Below are positions 25,881 to 39,059 of a stretch of DNA of 64,000 nt, piece after piece (the stretch's first letter is position 1; the number at the start of each line of letters is the position of its first letter). The stretch is from Octopus vulgaris (Eukaryota), in NCBI GenBank assembly GCA_951406725.2, contig OX597817.1, forward strand, positions 118,792,001-118,856,000. Direction: 5' to 3'. The notes below the pieces were generated by a model. That model saw only the letters and a program-made list of their open reading frames with translations, was not told the origin of the DNA and searched no databases. Position numbers and translations under genes: made by a program.

Positions 25881-26899
25881 CTATGCTCATAAAGGAATTT
25901 TGTGTAATTAAGTTCTTGTAATTATCTCCCCTCTCTTTTTTTAAAGTTTTTGCTAGCAAATGCTACAAAGTCTTCCTTTATGTTTTCCTGCTAAGGAGAA
26001 AATTACAGTTAAGGATACCCTGCATGTATCATTTAATATATCACCCCATTACATATTTATAAAACTGCCCTTTAAAATATCTTCATTAGTTTGCTTCAGT
26101 AAACACTGAAAATAATAGCAAAAATGTTATTGATCACTACCTCTCAATCCAAAACAAAGATTAAATCTTAAGATAGAAATTATTCAAAAATTTTCTTATG
26201 TGTATACTCACACACACACACATATGCAGGGTGGCCCAAAAGTAGGTTTACAGTTATTCAACTATCCCTTTCGCATTCATATATTAACAGTTTAGATCTT
26301 AATTATAAAAAAGTATGAAACCACTACTCTATGCAAATTTAGTTAGTTCTATCAAGCTCCCTTTTCGGTTTGTAAGATAGAAATTTAAATTTAACAAAAT
26401 GTTAAAAAGAAATTTAAAGTGCCTACATGATAACTGCAAACCTACTTTTGGGTCACACAAGGCTTTGGTCAACCTGGAACCATGTGTGTGGGAAGCAAAC
26501 TTCTCCCCACACAGCCATACCTGCACCTATCTGACAACCAAATGTCTTTTTACATGTCTACATACACATATGCACAAATGAAGAATACAAATATTAATTA
26601 TATTGCAATGTATAAATGAAAATATAAAAAAAAAAACTAATAAAAGCTGAAAAAGAAAAGTGAATTTTTAAAAAACATGTAAAAAGAAAAATAATTAAAT
26701 ATTTATAATGAATTAAAAACATTTCCATTAAAAATGGAGTGTAAGAAATCAGTTAATTATCTTTTGAACACCAATAGGTAAATAATTGTCTTCCCCTGAA
26801 GACAATGCCAACCTACAAACAGCCATATGGAAATGGTAAAACATCCTATTACTACTGCTACTACAAATAATCAGCATCAAAATGAAAACAATATAATCA

Positions 26900-27056
26900 T
26901 GATCATCATCACTTAACATCTGTTTTCCATGCTGGCATGGGTTGGATTGTTTAACAGGAACTGGCTAGGCAGAAGACTACACATGGCTTCATTGTAAATT
27001 TTGGCATGGGTTTCATGGTTGGATGCCCTTTCTAACACCATTCACCCCACAGAGTG
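26900..27056 (-). mobile_element. SINE family D (Meta-domain-like core, (GAT)n tail) fragment
   Basis: catcatcacttaacatctgttttccatgctggcatgggttgga...ggatgccctt; homologous to 61026-61200. Confidence 0.7.
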
Positions 27057-27270
27057 GGGTATTATATCTATTAATATTAAGCAATGCTGTTTTCAGTAAA
27101 AAAGAATAGTAGATGCACATGCACATGTGTGTATGTACAAATGTTTATGTACGAGTGAGTTTGGTTGTATGCAAGTGTGTAAATATAAAACTGCAATATT
27201 TCTCACATTCTTTATCTTTGTCAGTAAATGTGTGTGTGTGTGTGTGTGATTTGTATGTTTTATCTTTTAT

Positions 27271-27665
27271 CTTTTACTTGTTTCAGTCATTTGACAGCAA
27301 CCATGCTGGGGCGCCATCTTGAAAGGTGCAAATTGACCCCAGGGCTTATTTTTTGAAGTCTACTTATTCTACCAGTATCTTTTGGTGAACTGCTAAGTTA
27401 TGGAAATGTAAACACCAACACTGGTTGTCAAGCAATGTTGACGGGACAAACACAGACAGAAAGGCACATACACGTAGGTACAAGCTTCTTTCAGATTCCG
27501 TTGACTGAATTGTATATATATATATATAAAATTATAATTTAGGGTATCTAAGAGATATCGCCTCGCTAGAAATAGCAGCCAAAACCTTCCTCTAAAATCA
27601 CATTAAATGTTCATACATGTATGTATGTATGTATGTGTGTATGTATGTATGTGTGTGTATATATA

Positions 27666-27713
<48 letters not shown>

Positions 27714-27862
27714 CACATACAACAGGCTTATTCTGCCAAATCCACTCACAAGGCTTTGGTCAGCCCAAGGATATAGCAGAAAACACTTGCCCAAAGTGCT
27801 ACACAGTGAGACTGAACCAGGAACCATGTGGTTGGGAAGCAAGTTTCTTACCATACAGCTAC
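27271..27862 (-). mobile_element. SINE family A pieces separated by microsatellite and another repeat fragment
   Basis: Tail-side portion 27271-27507 and head-side portion 27722-27862. Confidence 0.75.
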
Positions 27863-28365
27863 ATCTCTCTCTCTATCTCTTTTTCTCCTCTCCCATCTGT
27901 CTTTATTATTTATCTGTCTACTTATCACTGAAAGGACATTTGTATGCCGAATTGCAATATCTTTCACATATATCAGCCCTTCTGTCTGTCTGTCTGTCTC
28001 TCTCTCACACACACACACACACTATGTCACTCTCTCTTTTGATCGTTTCACAACTACAAAGTAATGCATTCATATAATGCTTCATAGATTTTTTTTTTTA
28101 TTCCTTAGTCTAAACAGCACCCATGAGAGACTGAGAAGGACACAGATAATGCATAATTGTGTGTGTGTGTGTGTGTGCGTCACCAACAAAGATAAATATA
28201 AAAGGATTTAAGAAAATGTCAACCGCAACACCCATCATTAAACTATTATCTGTATGAAATTATGTCCACACAAAAATATATTTCATATTTCCCTAGCTAG
28301 TAAGGTTAATGGAAGATGCTTATTGCGCATAGACATTCATGCATGTATTTATCTATCTATATATT

Positions 28366-28860
28366 CTTTTATTTGTTTCAGTCATTTGATTGTGGCCTGC
28401 TGGAGCACAGCCTTGAAGCGTTTTAGTCAAACAAATTGACACCAGGACTAATTCTATCAGTTTCTTTTGCTGAACCACTAAGTTATATGGATGTAAATGC
28501 ACCAACACCAGTTGTCAAGCAGTGATGGGTGTCAAATACAGACACAAAAACACACACATATATGTGTATATATATATATATATATATGTATATAAAGTTA
28601 ATCCAAACAAGAAAGCACAACAACGCGAGGACGTGGAACAAATATAGTATTATTGGACGCTCAGGAAAGAAGGAAATATATATATATACACACACACAAC
28701 GAGCTTCTTTTAGTTTCCGTCTACCAAATCCACTCACATGGCTTTAGTCAGCCCGAGGCCATAGTAGAAGGCACTTGCCCAAGGTGTCACACAGTGAGAC
28801 TGAACCAAGAATCATGTGGTTGGGAAGCTAGCTTCTTATCACACTGCTACACCTGCACCT
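28366..28860 (-). mobile_element. SINE family A with nested insertion (28594-28676) in its internal (TA)n
   Basis: SINE halves are collinear with 451-877. The insert is the reverse complement of the 46680-46771 element tail. Confidence 0.85.
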
Positions 28861-30519
28861 ATGTGTGTGTGTGTGTATATAAGTTGTTTCTTTTATTTAT
28901 CTTGTGTTTCCACAATGTTCTCATAGAAGAGGCACTTTAAATACTCTTAAGACTATACAATGTGACTAGCCTGAAACAATTCTTCTTAATCTAGAAGTGG
29001 TGACAAATTACTGAGTGATATATTATTACATATATAAGAGTAATAACAATCATATAAATCATGATGAAAAATAACATCAATATTCTAATGCTATTTCTTC
29101 CTTTTGTGATGAGCTGAATGAATCTGCCACACAGCAGTGAAAATCAAAGTGGAACATGGAAACTATAGGCATAAAAGGAGAATACCACTCATCAGCCATA
29201 GAGACCAGAAGCTGAGGAGTCCTGACATATTTAAAGTGTCGAAACTACCCAGATTCTGGTCTCTATAGCTGGTGTATCCAAATACACATATAGTTACATT
29301 CATTTACATATATAAACCCATACATATCCTGTATGTATGGATATCCTGGTTTTGGAATAACTGTACCTGGTGCCTGCTACCAATGTTACTTGAGGGATCC
29401 CACCAGCTTTTTTTTGTTAATGCAAACACACCTTTATCAAGGAAACCTATGACAAAATTCAGATATGTTGTTATCTGAATTTCATTTCAAAATCCTTTTC
29501 TTGCTTAGAAGTTAAACAAAACTAGACACAAATATTGACAATAACAACTGTCTTGTGTAATCTTTGCACTAGTATTTCTATATTTAATTAAATTCTAATT
29601 AGCCATGTATGTGAAAGACAATTATACTTAACATTTAAAGATCCCATACAAATATAGACTAAAAGAAACAAAAAGCATTCTAAATGGAACTGAAATCAGC
29701 ATATTAATTATTCTTATATTTTTACTTTTCTTTCTCTGAAAACAGGGTCTTATTTCCCTGTTATTGAATTTAAGTAACATATAGCAATCTTGGGACATCA
29801 TAAACTTTGGCAATGCATAAATGCTTTTGCTAATGATTTCTTCCAGTTGATATCGATCAGGAATGAATTATTCTAAATAATAAAAGAAAGTAAATAAAAG
29901 AATCATAACTGATTAAGCTATCATCTAAATTTAGCATTTGGTATAGATAACATTGTAAAAATAGATGATATTGAAGATCTGATTCTTATGTTATGGACAT
30001 GTGTGTGTATGCGTGAGTGTGTATATATATGTATATATATATATATGTATATATATGCACTGTTCTAGTTCTTGCCAAGGAATGTTCAAACTAATCACGA
30101 AGGCAAAAATCATTGATTGCTTTGCTCTCTTCAACTTCTTTTATTGGAAATTTGCTAACCTGAAGACATAAAAATAATACAAAACAAATAAACAAGAAAA
30201 TAAAAATAAAAGAGAAATATATCCTTAGATACTGTCACATTCGGAGATAGATGGATATAAAATTGCTATATATCATTCAGTTTCCAGTGATTAATGTATC
30301 TTTTATTTCTTATTATTTGTTGTTACATTTCATGCATCTTCTTCAAACAAGAGTTATTTGTGGCCAATGCTTAAACATAAGTAAACCTTCAATGATTTAA
30401 TTAAATATCATGTGGAAGTTGTCCAATAAAATGCAATGTCATATTGCCTCTTCCTTTCATCTCTTTATATTTCTCAGATATAGTACACCGGCAATCATAT
30501 CCCGCCTCAAATAATTATA

Positions 30520-31945
30520 TTAATACTGATTTCTAGCATAGGTAAAATGCAACAAAGTTTAAGTGAAGGAAGCAATTAATTATATCCACTCTAATACTTG
30601 ACTGCTAGGAGCCTCAAGGTCAGACTGACCTTAGTAAGATTTTAAGTCAAAACTTAAAGAAGCATAAACTAAATGAGCACAATATTTTGCGTAATACTCA
30701 ACTGATTCTGAAAGCCACTGCACTTTAATAATAATTATTATTCTTTCTAATTTTGGCAAATGACCAGAAATTATTGAGAGGAGGGGGCAAGTCGATTACA
30801 TCAAAATCAATACTTGGCTGCTTCTTTATTTCATTGACCCTGAAAGAATGAAAGGTAAAGCTACCCTGGGTATAAATTGTCCAACACTTTAACAATTAGG
30901 CTAGTAATTTGGGGGGGGAGGGGTTAAGTCGATTACATCAAAATCAATACTTGGCTGCTTCTTTATTTCACTGACCCTGAAAGAATGAAAGGTAAAGCTA
31001 CCCTGGGTATAAATTGTCCAACACTCTAACAATTAGGCCAGTAATTTTGGGGGAGGGGTTAAGTCGATTACATTGACTCCAGTGCTCAACAGGTATTTAT
31101 TTTATTGACCCTGAAAAGATGAAAGGCAAATTTGACCTCAACAGAATTTGAACCCAGAACATAAAGACAGACAAAATGTCGCTAAGAATTTTGCTCAGTG
31201 TGGTAATGATTCTGCTAGCTTGCCACCTTTACAACAACAACAATAATAATAATGATGATGATAATAATAATAGTTTCTGATTTAGGCACAAGGGTAGTAA
31301 TTTGTGGAGGATGAGATTAGTCAAAACTATTGATCCCAGGCCTCTGATGGTACTTATTTTACTGACTTAAGACAAAGTTACATTGGCAGGCTTTGAACTC
31401 AAAATGTGGAAAGGCAGAACAAATACTACAAAGTGCTACATATTGTCCAAAATTCCAACAACAACAACAATAATAATAATAATAATAATAATATACAGCA
31501 ACAAGACAAAAGTTAAGCCTTAATGCCAATGACTGTGACAAAAAGGCCTCATAACTTATAGATCTGTAGTGTCTATTGAAGTGACTTCAACACACTGAAA
31601 CTGGCACACAGTTTATCAACTCCAGAAAAGTGAGAGGTGAAGTCAGATCATTAATAGCACTACCTAAATACACCTCATCCAATAACAGTTAGAGTTTCTG
31701 CCATTCCACAGGCTTGCTATAATGATAATAATGACAATAATTTCAAAGATAGGCCAAATGCCACAGATATTTGAGGAGGAGAATGTTCAATGAAATTGAA
31801 CCCAACATTTGGTGAGTACTTATTTTATATATTCTCAAAAAATGGAAAGCAAAATTGACTCGATTTAGAATTAAACTTAAAATCTAAAGGGACATAACTA
31901 AATACCATAAGACATTGTTATATCCAACACTGTGGATTCTGCTAT
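30520..31945 (-). mobile_element. Cluster of head-to-tail SINE family B copies including a ~137-bp tandem duplication
   Basis: Repeated aagtcgattacat...gaccctgaaagaatgaaaggtaaag units at about 30789, 30926 and 31061, with older copies at about 30520, 31275 and 31740, separated by (AAT)n. Confidence 0.8.
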
Positions 31946-31982
31946 TCACTACTTAGAGTTATAACAATATATAGAGTTAATG

Positions 31983-32519
31983 ATAAATGTCGCCCTTTTC
32001 AAGCCTAGCCAGGCTTATGGGCCTGGTTTCTGTGGCATATGTATTCCCCCTAGCTGGATGGGATGCTGGTCCATCGCAGCATTACTCAAGAAACAGGAAG
32101 AGAGAGTGAGAGAAAGTTGTGACAAAAGAGTACAACAGGAGTTGCCACTACCCCCTGCCGGAGCCTCATGGAGCTTTAGGTGTTTTTGCTCAATAAACAC
32201 ACACAACGCCTGGTCTGGGAATCAAAACTGCAATCCTACGACCATGAGTCCACTGCCCTAACCACTGGGCCATTGCACCTCCACTAGCCTAGCCAGGCTC
32301 ATGGGCCCAGTCTCCCAGTTTCAATGGTGTATGTGTTCCCCAGCTGGACAGGACACCAGTCCATCGCAGCGTTACTCATTTTTCTAGCTGAGTGGACTGG
32401 AGCAATGTGAAATGAAGTGTTTTGCTCAAGAATACAATGTGTCGTCCAGTCCAGGAATTGAAACCACAATCTTATGATCATGATACTGACACCCCAACCA
32501 CTAAGCCACGTGCCTCCAC
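31983..32519 (-). mobile_element. Dimer of two related tRNA-derived SINEs (family C, V-domain-like GCGATGGAC..GCATCC..TCCAG)
   Basis: Heads GTGGAGGCACGTGGCTTAGTGG (32519) and GTGGAGGTGCAATGGCCCAGTGG (32284). Shared 3' part GCCCAT(G/A)AGCCTGGCTAGGCT. Flanking direct repeat tagagttataacaatatata. Confidence 0.85.
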
Positions 32520-33799
32520 TATATAGAGTTATAACAATATATAAAATTCTTGATTATGCATATAAAATATTTTAAGATAAAAATGTAAGTAGAGTTCAGT
32601 GCTTTATTCAGATACAAAATACATCTGCTGTTAGACAAAACTCGTGACTGACAGAGTTTAACAATTTATCCATTCAAACCAATAATGAACGTATTATTAT
32701 GTGCTTTCACAAGGTAATGTTCTAATTTGTTTCAATTGGTAGCAGTATATTGGTGCCTTTTGTCTAAATACAAGATCTTACATTTTGTGAGATACAGAAC
32801 CAGGATACTGCAACTCTCAGTTTTCATCAGGACATTAGTTAACATTAGATAAGTGAAATAATTTTGACCAAAACTTGAATCTGCATCTCAGTTTGCTTGT
32901 GTATTATCTTATTTCATGTTGTATGAGATTTGTCACATTTAAAATACTGGAAGAAACTAGTAGGTAAATAGCATTTGCTACAAGCCCTACATTGTCAAAG
33001 GCTATGTATTAAATGTTTGATAAGACTATAGTACCAGTAACTTTTATGAACAACTGGAAGTTTAAGGTTGCTCAAATACCCAGAATACTTATGAGATCCT
33101 AGACACTTTAAATTAAACAAATTACAATAATCAAATTAAATGCCAATGTTAAACAGGCAGGCTTCACTTTAGCTGCATGCTAATACCTAGATTTGTCACT
33201 CAACTTCTCTATTCCAATGCACTAAACTCATCAAAAATAATTGAGCTTAATTGTTCTTTAATAAATAAGGTTGGGTGAATAAATCTGATTATAACTTTAT
33301 ATATTATAGCACATAATGCTAACCATGCCCACTAAATCAAATTGGTATTTTTAAGTATGTAATAAACAGTTTACTGTGAACAGTTTCTAATTTAACCTAA
33401 TGCATTAAGTAAAGCTGTAGTAAAGATAAGTTTAAATTAATAGTGACATGTTCAATATTTTATTATGTAAGAGTTGTGTATCAGGCGCAAATATTTAACT
33501 TGTGTATTTTCTTTGCTCAAGTAATAAACCTACACGTTAGTGAATTCATGTAATGCAGCATTTAAGCTTTGCTTTGGGGTTTGGTTTTAAAAGAATTCAG
33601 AATCTATGAGGGAAAGGCCTACCTATTCAAAATTACCTCCTAATTTATTACATGTAAATTGTTGCTGTTGGGAGAGGGGTAACCTTCTAAATGTTTCAAA
33701 CATGTCAGTTAATAATATTGTGCTTTAGGTAAAATAATAAATACTTGAGCAGTTGTATTTATTTCGATTACCCACTGAGTCACTTGAGTTGATTAACAA

Positions 33800-33975
33800 C
33801 CTCACTAGTGTTGGTGCCATGAAAAAAGCATCCAGATATAAGGAAGACCATCTAGCTGTAGAAACCATGCCAAAGCAGATTTTGGAATATGATGTAGTCC
33901 TTAAACCCACTGGGTCTTGTTGAACTGTCCAACCCATGCTAGCATGCATAGGAGATGAACATTAAAATATGATGG
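33800..33975 (+). mobile_element. SINE family D fragment
   Basis: cctcactagtgttggtgccat...ctagctgtagaaacc...gtccaacccatgctagcatg. Confidence 0.65.
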
Positions 33976-34168
33976 CAAACTAGTTAGGTTTTAATTTATA
34001 ATACTTTTTTAAAATTTAGGGGCACTTTATAACATATGGTTAATCCAGCACAGTAGTTGAATCCAATATATTGCAATTTTTCTTATCTTGGCTATCTTTG
34101 CTATTATATTCACAAAATGATGCATCAATTACATCAGTCTCACAATATTATTTATATATATTTATCAA

Positions 34169-34420
34169 TGTGGAGGTGTGTGGCTTAGTGGTTAGGGTGT
34201 CAGCACCATAATCGTAAGACTGTGGTTTCGATTCATGGACCGGGCAACGCGTTGTGTTCTTGAGCAAAGCACTTCATTTCACGTTGCTCCAGTCTACTCA
34301 GCTGGCAAAAATGAGTAATGCTGCGATGGACTGGCATCCTGTCCAGCTGGGGAACACATACACCATAGAAACTGAGAAACCGGGCCCATGAGCATGGCTA
34401 GGCTTTAAAAGGGTGCATTT
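34169..34420 (+). mobile_element. SINE family C, full length
   Basis: gtggaggtgtgtggcttagtgg...ggtttcgattc...gcgatggactggcatcctgtccag...ggctaggctttaaaagggtgcattta; inverted relative to 32287-32519. Confidence 0.88.
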
Positions 34421-34654
34421 ATTATTATATTTATCAATATAGTTATGTAATTAAGAGGCTCACTTTGCAATCAGAGTGAGTTCAATCTCATTCACTATTG
34501 CAGTTCTTTGGGTATGTGTCTTTTACCAGAGCCGTGACTAAACCCTAAGCCTTAAGAGTAAATTTGGATAGATAGTAACTGTAAAGGAGACTGTCTTGCG
34601 TGGTAGGCTTAAGCTGTTGTCTGGCTCACTGCCACCAATCGCTCATGGATGACT

Positions 34655-34873
34655 TTAACCCTTTCATTACTGCATTTATTTTGAGATGCTCCGTGTTTCT
34701 TTCAGTTACTTTGAATATAACAACGAATTTAGTAAAATAACATTCAGCTAGTGTTAGGAACATAAATTGTGACTAAGGTTAGGTGGAAGATTTTAATTCA
34801 AAACTTATGAAAACAAAACATTTGTACTCAGAGCCAGAGCCAGTTTCAGCTGGGTTGGTAATGAAAGGGTTAA
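34655..34873. mobile_element. piggyBac-type MITE
   Basis: TTAA-CCCTTTCATTAC ... GTAATGAAAGGG-TTAA: 12-bp perfect TIRs starting with CCC, TTAA target duplication, no ORF. Confidence 0.88.
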
Positions 34874-37469
34874 GAGAGTTCATTCTGTTGCATTTGGATC
34901 AGGTATGCAATCTAAGTGAGAAGAACCAGGTATCAAATTGTCCAGTTTCATACTGCAGTAACACATGAATTGTACTGTTTCTTCCTTCTTTTCCCCTTCC
35001 AGTAATGAAGACCCAGTTAACAATCATGGGCACTTCTCTTTCTCTTCTGACTTGTCTTTAAAACATGGACACACATTCATATTAGAAGATTAAATGATTG
35101 ACTATTAAATCAACCCTGGAAAGATATGAACTCAACTTTTGTAAAGCATCAATTGATACGCCATAAAAATGAATCGCTTTATATGACTGTTAACTCTTAA
35201 TTGTTATGTCCAATAAGGATTTCCTTCCACTAGGTCAGTCATGGGCAACATTTTATAAGAAGTGAGCCACATGAGACATGGCTCATCACCAGACAGGCCA
35301 CACTACCTAGAGAATCAAGGTAATTTTTTTTATTCGGCATGCCATTCAGAAAGTCTATGTCTTCACCAGGTACTTAACCTAAATAATTTTCAGGAGAGGA
35401 GTATATTGAATAGATGCTTGCTCTCCAATCCAACCAATATGTTACTGAAACTATATATTATTGACTCAATGGAATTTTACAGTATGAGAATATTCACTTC
35501 TGGCAAAAATTGAATTCTGGACTGTTGAAATACCAAAAGACTTGTCTAGCTTTCTATCAGATAGGTCATTTCCAGTAACCCACAAAGTTAAAAAAAAGAA
35601 AAGAAAAGAAGCAGCAATAACAACTACCGGAAATACCAATCTATAATGAAACGCTGCCCAAACACTAAACAGGAAATACTAATATTTCATTACATAATGT
35701 ATTTATACTAACACAAGATTTTGCTTAATGTGATATAAAAAAAAAGTGAAATTAATAAATATATATAAATATGTATATATAAAATAAAAATTAAATATGT
35801 GGTTAAGAAGATCAAACATCTACTTTAGAATTTGATATATCAAAAGTGATTACAAATCATATTTTATGAAAATATAAACTTACAAACAACAGAGGAAGGA
35901 AGAGGTACTCATGCACAGACAAACACATACGCAAATAACAAATACATATATACTACACATATACATATATATACACACATACATACATAGATACATACAT
36001 ATATATATTTACATATATAGTCTTATATCTACAAACACATACATATATACACATATAGACATAATATATGCATATATGTATACAAATACCTATCTACATA
36101 TATATATATGAATACACACACAATACATTACATACAGTTATTTATCTTTCTTTCTCTCTCTCTCTCTTTATTTTTCTATATCTATATATATATATATACA
36201 TACACACACACAAAGAAGGAGAGAGTGGGAAAGAAGGAGAGAATAAAGAGAGTAAAAATGTTGCTAAGTGTGATTAATTGCACAGAAACGTATTTATATA
36301 TGTGTATCTCAAAAGTGATTCAATCAAAAATAGATTATATTCTTTGATAAATACAAGTAATTAATTTGATTTACTTCATTTCTCCCAGGCATTTTGATTT
36401 AGCAGTGAGTGGGGAAAAAAAGAAAGAAAAAAAAGAAAACTTAAATACACTACATTATTTTTTTCCACTTTGCTGCGCTTAACTACCATATAGGATTGGC
36501 ATGTAAAACAATATTTAGAAATCTAACATAAACAAAAGTAATTTTATACAAATATAGATGTTAATCAAGCATTTTATGATTGCACTTGGCATTTCATAGT
36601 GATAAGCTACATCATCTACAATTCTGTTTACAGTTATAGATGGTATAAACGACAACACCCAAACACTAATATCCTAATATCCAAACATTAAAGCAGTCAG
36701 GAAGCCGATATGATGAATTTGAAGTGGAACCTATTACCATATCATCCAAGAGTTACTTAATGTAAAGAATAGCCCAGTACAACATTAGTCTTGTTTTTTG
36801 ATTTTTATGAAAATAAAAGGAAGATAAAATTAAAAACCAGAATTTTAGAGAAACACTGATGGTATGCAATGGAAAATGTTAGTTTAGTTCAATAAAGCTT
36901 AAAAATGGATTATGCAGGTGAGATGAAAGAAAAAATATTTCTAATGATGCAGAAAATTTTCTTTCAGAAAATGGCCCAAAATATCAGAATGCATTTTATT
37001 ATTTATTATTTTTTTCTTTGTTCTTTAACAATTTAGGCAAAGGAGAAAGGGCAGTGCCCATTAACTTTTTACAGAATCATTGAGACTTGCTAAAGAAACA
37101 GAAGAAAAAAAGAGAAAACCTACAGATTATTCTCAGATTGTAGATCTAGTCCACATGTTTGCAAGAGAGTGAATTCTGCTAAAGGCACCAAGGGGCTAAA
37201 TTGTTCTTCTCCTTTTTTACCTTATTATTACTGTTATTTATCATACACCTAGTACAGACTTTCTAGATATTGTTTATCATGGATTATGAATAAATCTCAC
37301 TAACCAGTCAGAGAATGTTTCTCTATTATTTGATATCTGCATAATCCAACAAGTTATATGATTGCTCCAAAACCAAAAGTTGAACACACTCAAATTGTTT
37401 AAACATATTTTTAACTAGTAATGATACCATCCATTAATGCTAGACTAATATTCCATCATCGTCATCGAC

Positions 37470-37960
37470 ATTTTGATAAACCTTTTATAAGGCTGGTAGA
37501 AGAAAGCTGTTTTATAGTATATCACTACCCATCTCAGTTGTATACTATCTCATCCGTGGAGCTCAACATCATGAGATCTATATTCACCACTTCTTCCAAT
37601 GTCTTCTTTGGTATTTTTCTATAAACACATGGGTTTTAAACTTCTGGCACACAGCATCCATTTCCTTCAAATTTTATACCAATGTAGTTGAATCTCATAC
37701 ACATATTTTCTCAACCCTATAATATGCAGTGGTTTCCTTAGTCCTATATTGCATATAAATTAACATTACATATCCCTAATGATACTCATTTTCCTTCAAT
37801 CTATGCACATTTTCCCAAATTTAATATACATGTTTCACAACCATGCATCATTACTCTTCCAACACAAACTTCACACAGCCTGCACAAAGTGGGAAAAACC
37901 CTTTGATTCCTGCAGTGGTAGCAATACTTAACTTTTTCTTTACCATTTTATTTCTGATGT
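37470..37960 (-). mobile_element. Decayed RTE-like LINE 3' fragment
   Basis: Minus strand resembles RTE 3' ends (RKIPKKTLEEVVNIDL..LSSTDE-like) but is heavily mutated. Confidence 0.45.
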
Positions 37961-39059
37961 CACATCAATTTCTAAGCATTAACAAATCATTCTACAACAC
38001 TCAAACACAACGAACTTCCAAAATATCTCTAATATTTAGGCTCTTTTCTCTGTACAATAAGTTGAAGTTACTGGAGTATATAATCTACAGCAATATAAGC
38101 TTCAATGTATTATTTTTATTCCTTGATCACAAGGAGTTAGTATGATTTCTGACAGTTAAGATACCATGAAACCATGAAAGACAGATGAAATCCTTTATTT
38201 CCTAGTATACTTAATAAAACCTTAAAATTCTACTTCAGATGAATGATATTCATATAACGCAAAGTTACAAACTGAAAAGAGCAAAGTTGATTAACTTTTA
38301 TATATATAAACCCTGGAAGAATAAGGACCAAAGTCAACTTCTATGGGATTTGAACAGAAAGCATATCACTGCAGCATATTGTTTGTTCAATATGCTACTG
38401 ATTCCAATCTTACAGGAAAATCTCTACACTGCACATGAAAGGACAGGAGAAAAAAGATCTAATGAGATATGACAGATAAAACATTTGATATTATTTCATG
38501 CAAGCCGCTCTACTCTTTCTGTTCTAAATTAATAACTTTATCTAACATATCAGTTTCAAATGCAGACTACAAACTTATAACTCTAATAAAATGAAGTCTA
38601 ACAAAGTTGCTTTTTATAGCATACATTAGAATGTTGTAAAGCTAACTTTAAGAGATGACTCGATGTCTATTATATTTCCAGATAAACTGAGGCAAATGGA
38701 AATAAATATATCGCCCCAAGACACAATAAATCGACTATAGGATGAAATGAACTGATAATCCAACAACTGAGAGTTTACTATTTTATTTAATGGATATTTC
38801 TTTATGTGTTTGTTTGTGTGTGTGTGTGTGTATGTGTGTTTGTTTGTGTGTGTGTGTATATATCATACTGAAGACATGAAAACTTTGTCTAATTTTGAAC
38901 AAAACAAGATGCTATACACCTAATCAAATATTGATGCATTTTTAAACTAAGTAATTAATAAAATATATTCACTCTCTTTATGCATGGAGTACTTTCTTTT
39001 ATTCTTAAACATAAATGCTCCCTGATTTACACAGCAGCATTATCTTCATCATGACCATT

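Noticed and set aside
30740-31230. Regularly spaced repeats resembling a CRISPR-like array
   Set aside because: They are tandem SINE B duplications with non-unique spacers in eukaryotic DNA.
35000-35640. Possible old LINE RT relic (also ~47280-47640 and ~61400-61760)
   Set aside because: Only vague motif resemblance; too decayed to support by eye.
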